64,000 nt of DNA from a virus (lineage: Duplodnaviria; Caudoviricetes): IMG/VR virus record IMGVR_UViG_3300031867_000002, positions 128,001-192,000 of that record; one strand, written 5' to 3'. The position numbers and the translations under genes are program-made. The notes below the pieces were generated by a model. The model searched no databases, was not told the origin of the DNA, and saw nothing but the letters and a program-made list of their open reading frames with translations. Shown here in pieces: positions 29,081 through 40,169 of this stretch (within the stretch, counting starts at the first letter, position 1; every line of letters begins with the position of its first letter).

Positions 29081-32000
29081 ATGAGTAGATATCCTGGTAC
29101 ACAATTTAAAGTGTATGACAATTCTCAGGCTACTGCAATAGTGCCAATTACTAATGCTGGCCCTGCCGATTCTGTCACATATCTCAGTACCTTTGCTTCT
29201 GTTAAAGGTCCTGAAGGTATCACTTTATCTTACGGTAACAACTTCTACAATAGATATGGTACTCAAGACAAAGTAGACTTTAAGAAATATGGTCAACCAT
29301 TGTTCCAGACTTCTATGAACGTAAATAATGGTGCTAATATTCTTGCAAAGAGAGCTGTTCTCGATGACGCTACTCTCGGTAATGCAACTCTAGCAGTTGT
29401 TCTTACTAAATATAGAGATGTAATTGTAGAAACTGATAGCGTTGATAAAACTCGTATCAAATCTATAACTTATAATAATAATTCAGATTATAAATATTCT
29501 ATTGCGCCTTTAGTATTTAGTGTAGAAAATGCTAATAATTATGCATTTGCTAATGTTAAACTTGATGAGCATAAAGAAAGATATGATTTATACAAGAATT
29601 ATATTATCGATATAATTGCTAATGAAGATACACCAGATAATAGATTCTTATCTAAATTAATTGATGGTGGTTCTAAAGATATTCTTTCTGGATTTACTCA
29701 GTCTATATTCTATGATAATGAAGATAGAGTAATTAATATTTCATCTGAAGGTAAGAATCAAGTAAGACAAGTCGTAAATATTACAACTGGACTTACTAAT
29801 GGAGAAAAGAAAACGTTCTCTTCTACATTTGATGCTAAAGATGATATTATTAATGCAACAGCTGAAAATAATACTCCAATTGGTGGTACTCCAGTATATG
29901 ATACTACTAGAGTTTGGCAAAATCTTAATGGAGATAATACTGCTGATGAAGCTGGTTATACAATTGCTAAATATGTAGTGCATAGAACTGGTAAAGGAAC
30001 AGCAGAAAGCCCTTATCAGTATGAAGGATATTGGGAGATAGATAATGAAGATTGTATTAGAGATGATACTAAGGTTGTTCCATCTGCAAAGATTGAATAT
30101 AAAGATATTGCTACAAAAATAGATATTAAAAGATTTTTTACATCTATTACAGAACTTCAGGATATCGTCGATGCAGGTACCTGGAATACAGAAGAAGCAT
30201 ATGCTGCACAAAATCCTTCTAAGGGTACTGGTATTTACGAATATGCATTTATTCAAGGTTTAGTTACAACAGATAAAATACCTAACCCAGATTATAATTC
30301 AAGTGTTTCTGGTTCACAAGAATATATATATCCAATTAACGGTATTTATAGACTAGCTAAAGGAAAAGATATTATTAATACAGCTGGATATGAAAACACA
30401 AATAGACTTATCAATGATATGATGACAAAGAGAAGTGGTTACATCGTTTGTGAATGGATTTTCCCAATGTTCTCTATCTTTGATATAGGTCGTGGTGAAT
30501 CTATTAAATCTATCGGTATTGAATATGATGCTTCTACTTCTGTTACTCTTAAAAAGGCTATTTATAAACTTTGTGTTTATAACTATGATACATCTAAGAA
30601 GCTTGAACAGTTCCAGTTCTCTTTGAATCCTTATGAAAGAAATAATGGTAGTGGATATACATTTGATATCGAAAGTACTGTTAATTATAATTCCGAACAG
30701 ATTTTTGTTAAGACATATTATGAATCATATGATGCTTTGTTAGAAACATTACAGCTTATTCTTCAAAGTACAGATAATAATCTGATTGGAAATTATGATA
30801 TTCTGTTTGGTCATGCTCCTAACGGTAAATACAATGCATTTAGTTCTTATCAAGTATCTAATCTTCTTAAGAGAAATGCGTATATTTATGACTATGCACA
30901 TCTTGATGTATTTGATAATGATATCATTACTGTTAATGCATACTGTGACTGGGAAAACATGACTTCTACAGATGAAACTCTTCAAGTTAAAGGTTATTAC
31001 TATAACTGGATTAGAACAAATAAAAAGATTCTTGAAAGACTTGAATTTGGTTCCGATGGTTATAATATTGATAGAATCAATGAACAAGTAATGTTTAATA
31101 ATACTGTAGCTCCTGTTGTTCCAGTATTAGTTATTGATGAAAAATGGGAAAATTATCCTGATTCTTCAGATGGAAGCTACGGATATTCTATGGCTGAAAT
31201 CATGGAACTTACTGGTCATAAGAATGGTACTATCATTTCTTCTAATACATTAGACCTTAATGATTCACCTATTGTTCCAGAAAACTTTGTAGCAATTAAA
31301 ATTCCAATGATTGACTGTACTAAATATGAATATGATTCAGAGTATACTGGTGGTACAGGCGAAATAAAACATTGTAAACCAACCCTATCTAAAATTGTTC
31401 CAGACAAAAAAGCAATTCAAGCTACTAGATTCTTCTTCGCTTCAGAAGCTGATGGCGTAGATGGTAGCGCAAAGAAAGACGCTGCAAAAGCTTCAGCACA
31501 AAATTTTGCTATAAATAATAAGTCATGGGCTGTATATTGTGATGATATAGACCTGAATACAAAAACTTGGACAAATACTCAAGTATTGATTCCTTATACA
31601 GTTGAAAAGATTTATCAAAAGCATTATTACAGATTCTTTGCTGGTGAATTCGATAAAGATATCTTTAATCTTGACGTTTACTTCCCTAATGCTGTATTTG
31701 ATGCTAACTATGATAATGATGTTAAGCTTGCTATTCAAAGACTTGCTGCTTATCGTGGTGACTTTATGTGCTATATGGATATGGGTATTAATCGTATTAA
31801 GAGCTATGAAGATTGTGCAGAAGTTATTCCAGGTACAGAAACTGGTCTTGATTTGACAAGCGAAACATCTTCTTACGCATATGTAAGAGATATGCATGTT
31901 GCTGTAACCTGTCTCAATTATAAGATTAGAAATCCATATGATAACAGAATCATTCATGTTACTGGTACTTATGGTCTTTCTAACTTATACATCACTCATT

Positions 32001-32590
32001 ATAATAAGGGTATTGGAGATGTATTCGCTGGTGTTGCTAATGGTGTTACCATCAATAATATTATTGAAGGTACTGTTAACTATGTGCCAAAGATTTATCC
32101 AACAACTGAAATGACTTCTCTTAATAATATCGGTGGTGTATATCCATCTGATGATGCTACTATCATTAATGAAAAACAGCTTATGTGTGACCTTAGAGTT
32201 AACTATGGTTGTTATTATGATGATAGATTTTCTATTGAAACAGAGTATACTATGAATCCTACTGAGAGTGAATTCTCTTATTGGAATAACGTTTCTCTTG
32301 TTTGCTTAATGATGCAAGCTATTCGTAAAGCTTGTCCTGCAGCTAGATATCAATTTATTACAGCTGATGACCTCACTGTATATAAAGATGCTGTTGAAAC
32401 TGCTATCAAGCCTTGGAGAAATAGATTTGCTTCTGTTAAATTTAAATATGTACAAGATGATGCAGCACTTGAAAATAAGATTTTCTATGCAGCAATCGAA
32501 GTTGTATTCAGACCGTTTGCACAGGCTGAAATCTTCGAACTTACAGCATTGAATTATTCTACACTTTCTAGTGCAGTAACAAGTGTTTAA
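29081..32590 (+). CDS. contractile tail sheath protein
   Basis: YPGT...FASVKGPE...YG...YGQP N-terminus, sheath-like C-terminus, directly upstream of the tube gene. Confidence 0.85.
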   Translation: MSRYPGTQFKVYDNSQATAIVPITNAGPADSVTYLSTFASVKGPEGITLSYGNNFYNRYGTQDKVDFKKYGQPLFQTSMNVNNGANILAKRAVLDDATLGNATLAVVLTKYRDVIVETDSVDKTRIKSITYNNNSDYKYSIAPLVFSVENANNYAFANVKLDEHKERYDLYKNYIIDIIANEDTPDNRFLSKLIDGGSKDILSGFTQSIFYDNEDRVINISSEGKNQVRQVVNITTGLTNGEKKTFSSTFDAKDDIINATAENNTPIGGTPVYDTTRVWQNLNGDNTADEAGYTIAKYVVHRTGKGTAESPYQYEGYWEIDNEDCIRDDTKVVPSAKIEYKDIATKIDIKRFFTSITELQDIVDAGTWNTEEAYAAQNPSKGTGIYEYAFIQGLVTTDKIPNPDYNSSVSGSQEYIYPINGIYRLAKGKDIINTAGYENTNRLINDMMTKRSGYIVCEWIFPMFSIFDIGRGESIKSIGIEYDASTSVTLKKAIYKLCVYNYDTSKKLEQFQFSLNPYERNNGSGYTFDIESTVNYNSEQIFVKTYYESYDALLETLQLILQSTDNNLIGNYDILFGHAPNGKYNAFSSYQVSNLLKRNAYIYDYAHLDVFDNDIITVNAYCDWENMTSTDETLQVKGYYYNWIRTNKKILERLEFGSDGYNIDRINEQVMFNNTVAPVVPVLVIDEKWENYPDSSDGSYGYSMAEIMELTGHKNGTIISSNTLDLNDSPIVPENFVAIKIPMIDCTKYEYDSEYTGGTGEIKHCKPTLSKIVPDKKAIQATRFFFASEADGVDGSAKKDAAKASAQNFAINNKSWAVYCDDIDLNTKTWTNTQVLIPYTVEKIYQKHYYRFFAGEFDKDIFNLDVYFPNAVFDANYDNDVKLAIQRLAAYRGDFMCYMDMGINRIKSYEDCAEVIPGTETGLDLTSETSSYAYVRDMHVAVTCLNYKIRNPYDNRIIHVTGTYGLSNLYITHYNKGIGDVFAGVANGVTINNIIEGTVNYVPKIYPTTEMTSLNNIGGVYPSDDATIINEKQLMCDLRVNYGCYYDDRFSIETEYTMNPTESEFSYWNNVSLVCLMMQAIRKACPAARYQFITADDLTVYKDAVETAIKPWRNRFASVKFKYVQDDAALENKIFYAAIEVVFRPFAQAEIFELTALNYSTLSSAVTSV

Positions 32591-32606
32591 GAAAGGAGGA
32601 TAATTT

Positions 32607-33797
32607 ATGTCTAGACATGAGACTCAAACCACTGTCGCTACTAAAACTGGTGCGTTTAAAGGACTAAAGACTCCTCGTGAACTTCTTAACTATAATCTTA
32701 TGAGAGGTGTTACCGACTTTAGTAACCTTGAACAATGGGACCTCTACGAAAAAGGATATCCATTCCTTTGCGTAGTATCTATCCCTCAGTTCTTAAGAGA
32801 CTTGGCTGAGCAAGATTCTAATATTAGAGTTATTGTAAATAACTATGTTCATATCCTTGAGAATGACTTTAGAGGTCTCGATAACGTTGATAATATCACT
32901 GGTGAAGCTGCTGAAATTACTAACGGTATTCGTTCTATTAGTGTTATTAATAAGGTTATGAAACCTACAAACTCTAACTTTTCACTTAACTATTATGAAC
33001 GTTCTGGCTCTATCCTGACTAAAGCACATGAACTTTATCTTACAGGTATTAAAGACCCAGACACTCAAGTTAAGCATTATCATGGTCTTATTGATGCTTG
33101 GGTATATAATGGTATTGATACAGTTTCTGGTAAAGACCCTGGTCCTCATCAGGAATGCTTTTCCTTTATGTACTTCCTTACAGATAATACTATGACTAAG
33201 ATTGAGCGTGCATTCCTTATTGCAGCTTGTCAACCAACAACCGCAAACTATTCTGACCTTTATACTGGTAATAAAGGTGATATCCAGTTCGCAGAAATTG
33301 GTCTTGCATTTAATGGATTCTTCATTAATAACGACTATGTATATCAGAAGGCACAAGATATGCTTCTTGCTATGCGTAATCCTTCTAATATCACTAATAG
33401 TAGAGTTATTGTTGATAGCAACAACTTTAGATACAATGCTATTGCTCAAGCTGGTATTGCAGGTGGTACTACTAGAGGTATTGATGATAAATTTGCTACT
33501 CCAGAATACTGGTCTGAAGAAGCTGGTAGAATTGGTGTTGATAAGACATCTATCGATACTAAAGTTAATGCTGAAAATAGAGCTTACTATGGCTTTAGAA
33601 TTGGTGAAGAAAGCGGTACACTTACTGGTGACCAAACCTTTAAGTATGCTGATGCAGTTGCATCTAATAGTATAATTGGTGAGCACTTCATTAATACAGC
33701 TGATACTGCGCACAATACAAATGACCAATACGCTCAAAAGAAATTTAATCAAAAGATTACAGACCAGAATTATATTAGAAGCTACGCTGGAACGTAA
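32607..33797 (+). CDS. tail tube protein
   Basis: Follows sheath. YYERSG...IKDPDTQ motif, high-expression codon style. Confidence 0.7.
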   Translation: MSRHETQTTVATKTGAFKGLKTPRELLNYNLMRGVTDFSNLEQWDLYEKGYPFLCVVSIPQFLRDLAEQDSNIRVIVNNYVHILENDFRGLDNVDNITGEAAEITNGIRSISVINKVMKPTNSNFSLNYYERSGSILTKAHELYLTGIKDPDTQVKHYHGLIDAWVYNGIDTVSGKDPGPHQECFSFMYFLTDNTMTKIERAFLIAACQPTTANYSDLYTGNKGDIQFAEIGLAFNGFFINNDYVYQKAQDMLLAMRNPSNITNSRVIVDSNNFRYNAIAQAGIAGGTTRGIDDKFATPEYWSEEAGRIGVDKTSIDTKVNAENRAYYGFRIGEESGTLTGDQTFKYADAVASNSIIGEHFINTADTAHNTNDQYAQKKFNQKITDQNYIRSYAGT

Positions 33798-33810
33798 TAT
33801 AATAATAAAT

Positions 33811-33836
33811 TCCCCAGTGACATATGTCACTGGGGA
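33811..33836. terminator. bidirectional terminator, perfect 26-bp palindrome
   Basis: TCCCCAGTGACATATGTCACTGGGGA between convergent tube and portal genes. Confidence 0.8.
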
Positions 33837-33840
33837 TTTC

Positions 33841-36144
33841 TTATTCTTCACCTGTATCTTCATTATTTTCTGCAGCCATACGCTGTTTAGCTTTATGAGC
33901 AATTTCTTCCAACTCAGGAATATTAAGATAAGAACCAAGATTAAATTTGTTAATCTCACGAATAACTTCATTCTTAATTGGCTCTTCTTCATCTGGGTCA
34001 AGAATTAATTGTGCTACAGATTGAGAGTATTCATTTACGTTAGTCATCATCTGGTTTGTATTAGTAATATTTAAGAACATTGGTGGAGGTAATACTACAT
34101 TTAATGTAATATTATCATCAAACTCATTGTTATAAATATTATTTACAATACGTGTTATATTCTTCTGAAATTTACTTTGACGATTATATACTTTACGTAA
34201 GAACTTAGATGACGACATAGTTAGCTGGGATGCATAGTCTACAGAGTTACGCATTTGAATCATTTCCATAGGAACTTCGGTTGCATTTACTGCAGCTTCT
34301 TCTAACATTGTCATCAGTTCAGTCTGATATTCTACAGATTGTCCTTGCATTACTTCAAAATCAATTGGAGTGCCACCAGGACCTCTAGGAATAATATAAT
34401 CATTAAACATACCAGTTATATTAAGAATATGGTTGATATTCTCTATTTGACGAATACCAAAGTTACCTTTCTTAATCTGGTTAATGGTATTCAATAATGT
34501 CTTAGATATATTAGTGTCTACATTCTGATTTACATAGTATACTCTTTTATCTTGAGCACGTGTCATATTCCAGATAGTATGTGTGATATACATACTAGAG
34601 AATAATGTAGCTGGGAAAAGAGACTTATCTAAATCTGAGATACCTCTATGTGTATCTTTATTCATATTAAAATATACATGTTCCATATCTTCTGGTGGAA
34701 TAAATGTAACTCTAATCTTATTCATCTTAGAACTGTTATTATCCTGATTATATTTTAGAATAGTATAAATCTCTTGTCTTAAATCTTGGTTAGTATTAAT
34801 AAACTTAGCATCAATGAAGTTAGATATTTGATTAGATAGATAACGGATAATATTATTTTGTTTTTGACTTTGGTCCATCATACTATTTGTAGATAGAATA
34901 GAATTAGAACCTTTGAGAGACATTGTAGGGTCTTGCATTTTATCATAATCACCTACTGGATTATACGGACCCTCTACTTCAATATAATAATACCCAAAAC
35001 AGTATTCATCAATATAGATTGGAATAACATGTTTTCTTTCTAATACTCTAATAATAGTACCAGGTACATTAATATATTTATCATCTTTACCTTTCTTCTT
35101 TTTAGCTTTATTTTTATCAACAAGACCTTCCTGACCTCTATCATCAAAACCTTCAAATGATAAATCATCTTTAATTATTCTATCAAATTGTCCCTTTACA
35201 ACATCACGTACATTCTCAGCTGTTTCTAAAATCGTTGCTTCTGAGAAATTTGCACCTTCATAATTCAATGACATCTCGTTCAATGATTTAACTGCTTTTT
35301 CAAAACGCATAGTATTTTCTACAATTGAATTTATTGCTCCAGTACAACATTCTAATTGTATATTTCCCATACCAGCAGCTTCAAAATCTTTTTGTGTCAA
35401 TCCTTCTGGAAATGCGTCCATTCCAATATTACCAGATTCAGTCATGATTACTTGTTCTCTCATATTTAAATCTGCTCTAATATTATTCTTATTTCTTAAT
35501 AACCTTACTACAGCTTTCTTATATGGTACATTATATACAAATGCTTCTCCATACTTAGATGCTTTATCATAAATCTCATCTACTAAATCTTGAATTTTAT
35601 AAGTTTCTTTTATATACTTAATATGCTCATTATAAGTTTCTGTATCATTATTAATATTAGAAGATGTAATATTGATAAAATCTTTAGAGAAATGGTCTGC
35701 TGATAATACATTATCTTTTCTAGTATCTATCGCTTCTTGCAACTTAGGCATATACTTAAGGATTGTATCAATTTTATTATCATAGTCAAATACTGTAGTA
35801 GTATTATTAATAAATCCCATTAAACCAGATTCAATAACTTGATTATCATTAATGAGTTCTTCAAGTTTCTTAGCTTGTTCATCTCCAGAACCGCCTAACA
35901 TTGGAGCAGCCTGTATTCTAGAATATAGAGTAGACATAGTACCGTTACCAGTATTATTCATATTATTAGTAACGATATTATCTATAGATGTATCTAGTTT
36001 AGTTTTAATATTTTCTATATCTTGTTTATTGCTAGGTTGAGAATAGTATGTCTTTTGATATAAATAGTTTAAGTTATTCTGCACTGTATCAGTAAGCTTT
36101 TTAATAAGTCCATTAGATGAACGCTGTTTCTTATCTTTAGCCAA
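33841..36144 (-). CDS. portal protein
   Basis: RAQDKRVYYV, DYIIPRG...IDFEVMQG, ATEVP and LPPP motifs resemble T4 gp20-type portals. Confidence 0.75.
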   Translation of the reverse strand: MAKDKKQRSSNGLIKKLTDTVQNNLNYLYQKTYYSQPSNKQDIENIKTKLDTSIDNIVTNNMNNTGNGTMSTLYSRIQAAPMLGGSGDEQAKKLEELINDNQVIESGLMGFINNTTTVFDYDNKIDTILKYMPKLQEAIDTRKDNVLSADHFSKDFINITSSNINNDTETYNEHIKYIKETYKIQDLVDEIYDKASKYGEAFVYNVPYKKAVVRLLRNKNNIRADLNMREQVIMTESGNIGMDAFPEGLTQKDFEAAGMGNIQLECCTGAINSIVENTMRFEKAVKSLNEMSLNYEGANFSEATILETAENVRDVVKGQFDRIIKDDLSFEGFDDRGQEGLVDKNKAKKKKGKDDKYINVPGTIIRVLERKHVIPIYIDEYCFGYYYIEVEGPYNPVGDYDKMQDPTMSLKGSNSILSTNSMMDQSQKQNNIIRYLSNQISNFIDAKFINTNQDLRQEIYTILKYNQDNNSSKMNKIRVTFIPPEDMEHVYFNMNKDTHRGISDLDKSLFPATLFSSMYITHTIWNMTRAQDKRVYYVNQNVDTNISKTLLNTINQIKKGNFGIRQIENINHILNITGMFNDYIIPRGPGGTPIDFEVMQGQSVEYQTELMTMLEEAAVNATEVPMEMIQMRNSVDYASQLTMSSSKFLRKVYNRQSKFQKNITRIVNNIYNNEFDDNITLNVVLPPPMFLNITNTNQMMTNVNEYSQSVAQLILDPDEEEPIKNEVIREINKFNLGSYLNIPELEEIAHKAKQRMAAENNEDTGEE

Positions 36145-36223
36145 TTTGAATACCTCCTTTTATAATATTACTAAATTGTTGAAGAAGTAAAAGAAGAAGG
36201 GTCGGAACAAACCGACCCTTCAT

Positions 36224-36826
36224 TTATATCTTTAAGAATCTCATCATTGTCATAATATCGTTTGTTTTTTTATGTGTTGTAAATACTACGACAAAGTACT
36301 TACAGTTATCTCTTTCATATATAGACATGTCTATTGGAGTACTTTTACTTCCTGGCAACATACAAGGAGCTACATATATAATCTTGTCTTTATATACAAA
36401 TCTTCCAGCTCCTTCATCAGATTTTCTAAGAAGTATATTATTATAAAACATTTCGTCTGTATTGATATCATTTATTTTATCTATATTAGAAGCTAGAGTT
36501 ATATCATCCTTAAATGTTCCTAATTGATACATTGATTTGTCTAATAATATTTGTTTACAATAATACTGATAGGTATAACTACTACCATTTAATTGACCGA
36601 ACCATGTTTCAAATGCTGGAGTTGATTTGACAATACTATTTATACTATACATCTTGTTGAAATACTTATCTGATATAACTGGTAAGTTTATTACATTTAT
36701 AGCACACGAATTTACTGAGAAGATTATATCACCAAAGAAATTATCTCTGGTGATATATACATATTCTTCACTTGCAGTTGTTTTAAGGTCTTTTACATAC
36801 TGAGTAAACATATCTAAATTATTCAT
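36224..36826 (-). CDS. hypothetical protein co-transcribed with the PolB N-half
   Basis: 200 aa directly downstream of the polymerase. Confidence 0.7.
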   Translation of the reverse strand: MNNLDMFTQYVKDLKTTASEEYVYITRDNFFGDIIFSVNSCAINVINLPVISDKYFNKMYSINSIVKSTPAFETWFGQLNGSSYTYQYYCKQILLDKSMYQLGTFKDDITLASNIDKINDINTDEMFYNNILLRKSDEGAGRFVYKDKIIYVAPCMLPGSKSTPIDMSIYERDNCKYFVVVFTTHKKTNDIMTMMRFLKI

Positions 36827-36831
36827 AATTA

Positions 36832-38868
36832 TTATTCCTCCACTTGTCTAGGCTTACTATACAGATAACCGTCTTTGAGACTATTAAAGATTTCAGTAAA
36901 GTTATTAAAGTCTGTATTTTCAAATTCATATTTAGGTTGATTCATATAGCTCAAATTCTTACTTGCCATTGCGTGTACAATCTCTAAATCTCTTTCTGTA
37001 GAACATTTTACGAATACATTACGATTATCTTCTTCTGGCGTACCAGATACATCATCAAAATCATGATAAGTTAATAATCCATCAGGATATCTAACTCTTG
37101 TAAAGTATTCGATTACATCATCATATACGTCTTCATAACTTCCAAAATGGAACCAACGATGGAAAAATTCAATCCAGTTATGAGATTGTAAGTCATCCAT
37201 AAATTGTGCTTCTCTCTTCCATTTAATATCGTCTCTATGAAATCTATTTTCAAATTCGTATACTCTATCTGGTATATTAAGATGACCAATAAGAGTTGTA
37301 CGAGACATATTGAATTCAGATGTTATACTTGGATACAGAGCTTTATAATCAAAGTCATCTAAGTTATCATATATAGATACTGGACGACCATTAATTCTCA
37401 TCTTAGAATAATCACTATTGAGTTTAGGGTCTGCTACAAATGCACCAGGGAAAGATACCTTAGGAGTATTTGCATTTACATTATTACCTGTAATAAATCC
37501 ATTCTTATAATTAAAGATAGCTTGTCTATTCTTAAGATATACAGTTTGTCTATAAATCTTACTCCAACGTGTATTGTTAAGCAATACATTATTATATGCT
37601 GAATCAATATCTGCAGACTTAAATTCAATACAATACTGTACTATTGTGTCCATGATATTATAGAATACAAACGTCTTATAATCTTTATAAGGTAACTCAG
37701 CTAAGTTATGAGTAATATGACTATAATCAAGTTTTCTTACACCACATACCATTTGTCCGATAAAGTCTAATCTATATGATGGTAATGCTGCTCGACCTTT
37801 TCTTCTAGATGCGAAATGAATCATTTGGTCGAGATATACGGAATAAGAACTAATCTTTGCAAAGTCATTACGTTCTTCATAATTAAACTCATTTTTTTCA
37901 TCAATAAAGTACTTAACTTCTTTGAATCTGAAATCTGGACTGCACATAATCTCTTTTGGGTCACCACCAAGATTAATAATACGCTGAATGATATACGGAA
38001 TATCGAATGCCATATTCCAAGCTAATACAAAATCAGGTTTTAGATTATTGATATAATTAAACAAATGCTTAAGCATTATAAGTTCATCTTTCTCATCATA
38101 GAAATGGAACTGCACCGTCATTTGTTTTATTTTATATTTATCTGCATTTGCTAATCCACCAACTGCGTCGATTAAGAACTCTCTAAGGTCTCTTTCCATT
38201 GCTGAAGATTTAGACATCTTTTCAAATTCAGCAATCAATGGATTCTTATCATTTCTTAATAAGAATGAGTGAATAACTAATGACTGGTCATCAATAAATG
38301 ATACTGCATTTATAGGACACTCACCCATTTCTACAAAGTCACCTTTACAATTAATAGTATCAGCTTCGATATCCAAATAAGACTTAGATGTTTTCTTATA
38401 AGAATTCAAATAAGTGTGAGAAAACTGAAAACGAATATTATCTTCAATATCCATATCAGACATTAATACCGCAGGATGATAATTGCACAAACGTTTATTC
38501 GCTTCTCTATTACCGTTACGAATATTTTCCCAGAACTTATCAAGTTCTCCGATTCTCTCAGCAATATCTTTTTGAAGCTGATTATAAGGTACCATTATAC
38601 ATTTACAATCTTCTAACATAGCATACTCAAGATTATAATTTGGTATCATCAATCCATCCTTAAGCATATAATACTCGTACAACGGGTCTACAATAGTTTC
38701 TAGAAACTTTTCTCCATTTTCATTGTCTTTGATAATAAGGTCAATAACTCCAGGTTTCCATTTACCATTATTATCCTTATGTGGATAATGATAGATTGTG
38801 TTAAATAAGGCTAAATCCCAACCAGGTGGATAACGTCCGATTAATAAATTATTGTCGTATTCTTTCAT
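36832..38868 (-). CDS. family B DNA polymerase, N-terminal half (3'-5' exonuclease + motif A)
   Basis: LDIEAD, AWNMAFDIPY, YNIMD exonuclease motifs and DFDYKALYPS. Start uncertain (38868 or 38886). Confidence 0.9.
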   Translation of the reverse strand: MKEYDNNLLIGRYPPGWDLALFNTIYHYPHKDNNGKWKPGVIDLIIKDNENGEKFLETIVDPLYEYYMLKDGLMIPNYNLEYAMLEDCKCIMVPYNQLQKDIAERIGELDKFWENIRNGNREANKRLCNYHPAVLMSDMDIEDNIRFQFSHTYLNSYKKTSKSYLDIEADTINCKGDFVEMGECPINAVSFIDDQSLVIHSFLLRNDKNPLIAEFEKMSKSSAMERDLREFLIDAVGGLANADKYKIKQMTVQFHFYDEKDELIMLKHLFNYINNLKPDFVLAWNMAFDIPYIIQRIINLGGDPKEIMCSPDFRFKEVKYFIDEKNEFNYEERNDFAKISSYSVYLDQMIHFASRRKGRAALPSYRLDFIGQMVCGVRKLDYSHITHNLAELPYKDYKTFVFYNIMDTIVQYCIEFKSADIDSAYNNVLLNNTRWSKIYRQTVYLKNRQAIFNYKNGFITGNNVNANTPKVSFPGAFVADPKLNSDYSKMRINGRPVSIYDNLDDFDYKALYPSITSEFNMSRTTLIGHLNIPDRVYEFENRFHRDDIKWKREAQFMDDLQSHNWIEFFHRWFHFGSYEDVYDDVIEYFTRVRYPDGLLTYHDFDDVSGTPEEDNRNVFVKCSTERDLEIVHAMASKNLSYMNQPKYEFENTDFNNFTEIFNSLKDGYLYSKPRQVEE

Positions 38869-38944
38869 GATATATGATTCCTCCATTTCTCTCAGCGTAC
38901 GTAATACGTAACCTGAGTCATTTATATAATTGTTTCTCTTAGTA

Positions 38945-39078
38945 TAAAAAACAATATTAGTCCTCCATGGCCCCGATACCATGGAGGACTCATACAAGAG
39001 GAATAAAAACAATGCATCAAAGAGGAAATCATTCATGCCTTCAACCAAGATAGCTTTATGGAGGCCTAAATGCTATCT
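38945..39078 (-). ncRNA. candidate small RNA with anti-SD-like motifs
   Basis: AACA-N6-TA at 39079-39090, 5' hairpin with CCUCC loop, strong 3' hairpin at 38959-38990. Confidence 0.4.
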
Positions 39079-39156
39079 TACTTAAATGTTAACATACCCT
39101 ATTAACCATTTATGAGAAAAACATCTTTATAAAATGCTCAAAAGGAGGAATTAATC

Positions 39157-40107
39157 ATGCAAAACTTTTTAGATATGAATGTTTTAGCTAGAGGAGCTAA
39201 CATTCCGCCAGAAGATAATAATCAAAATGATATTGTTCCAGTTGTACAAAATAGTGTTGAACCAGTTAAAAGAAAAAGAGGAAGACCTAGAAAATCCGAA
39301 CAACAACAAAATACAGAAACTACTGTAGTTCAAAGAGGTTCTACTTCCTCATCTGGTCTACCATTATGCCAAACTAATGACCCGTATGAAGATACTTATG
39401 AAGAAACTAATGATATGCTCAGACTATCTATTGCTCAATTAGATATCTTGGCTGGAGATGTAAAGGGAGAAATTGATAATATCAGAGGTTCTAAAACTCT
39501 TAAAGGTAAATATAAGTATATCTCTGATTTATGTGCTACAGCAAGTTCTCTTGTATCTTCTAAGATTTCTGCTATTAAAGAAATTAATTCTGTTAAGACT
39601 AAATGTCATGAACTTGAAATTAGAAGAATTAAAGATATTAAGTCTGCTGCAGCAAATCAGCAAGACGATGATAAATATATTGCAGACCTATATAATGCAT
39701 ATATTAATACACCTATTGGAGCTGGTCAACATCCAGCACTTCAATATACATCTTCTAATGTAGCTGGTAATATGAGTGCATTAATTGGAGGAGTTAATGC
39801 TTCTCCTACAAATGAAGAGCAGAACTTTAATAATTTTATGAATAATCTTACTCCAGAACAAAACCGTATGATTCTAGGAGATAATCCTAATATTGAAACT
39901 GTAATTGTCTATGACCCTAATACTGGTGATAAAATGTTTGATGTGGTTGATACTAGTACGGGTACTCCAGTTCCTAACTATCCAAGACCAGATAGAGGAT
40001 TGCTTGATGATACTAGTATTGATTTTGCTACAGGTATTGCTTCTAATACTAATATAGGACAATCTTGGAAAGTAGTTGTATTAGGAGACATGATAAATCA
40101 CTTCTAA
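39157..40107 (+). CDS. AT-hook-containing protein
   Basis: KRKRGRPRK plus coiled coil. Confidence 0.65.
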   Translation: MQNFLDMNVLARGANIPPEDNNQNDIVPVVQNSVEPVKRKRGRPRKSEQQQNTETTVVQRGSTSSSGLPLCQTNDPYEDTYEETNDMLRLSIAQLDILAGDVKGEIDNIRGSKTLKGKYKYISDLCATASSLVSSKISAIKEINSVKTKCHELEIRRIKDIKSAAANQQDDDKYIADLYNAYINTPIGAGQHPALQYTSSNVAGNMSALIGGVNASPTNEEQNFNNFMNNLTPEQNRMILGDNPNIETVIVYDPNTGDKMFDVVDTSTGTPVPNYPRPDRGLLDDTSIDFATGIASNTNIGQSWKVVVLGDMINHF

Positions 40108-40169
40108 TTATATACTATATATGTGACTAGTAATAATAGTCAAATATAATTTTGAAAGGACGATTTATC

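Noticed and set aside
38887-39048. N-terminal extension of PolB
   Set aside because: It crosses a terminator-like hairpin and a promoter motif.
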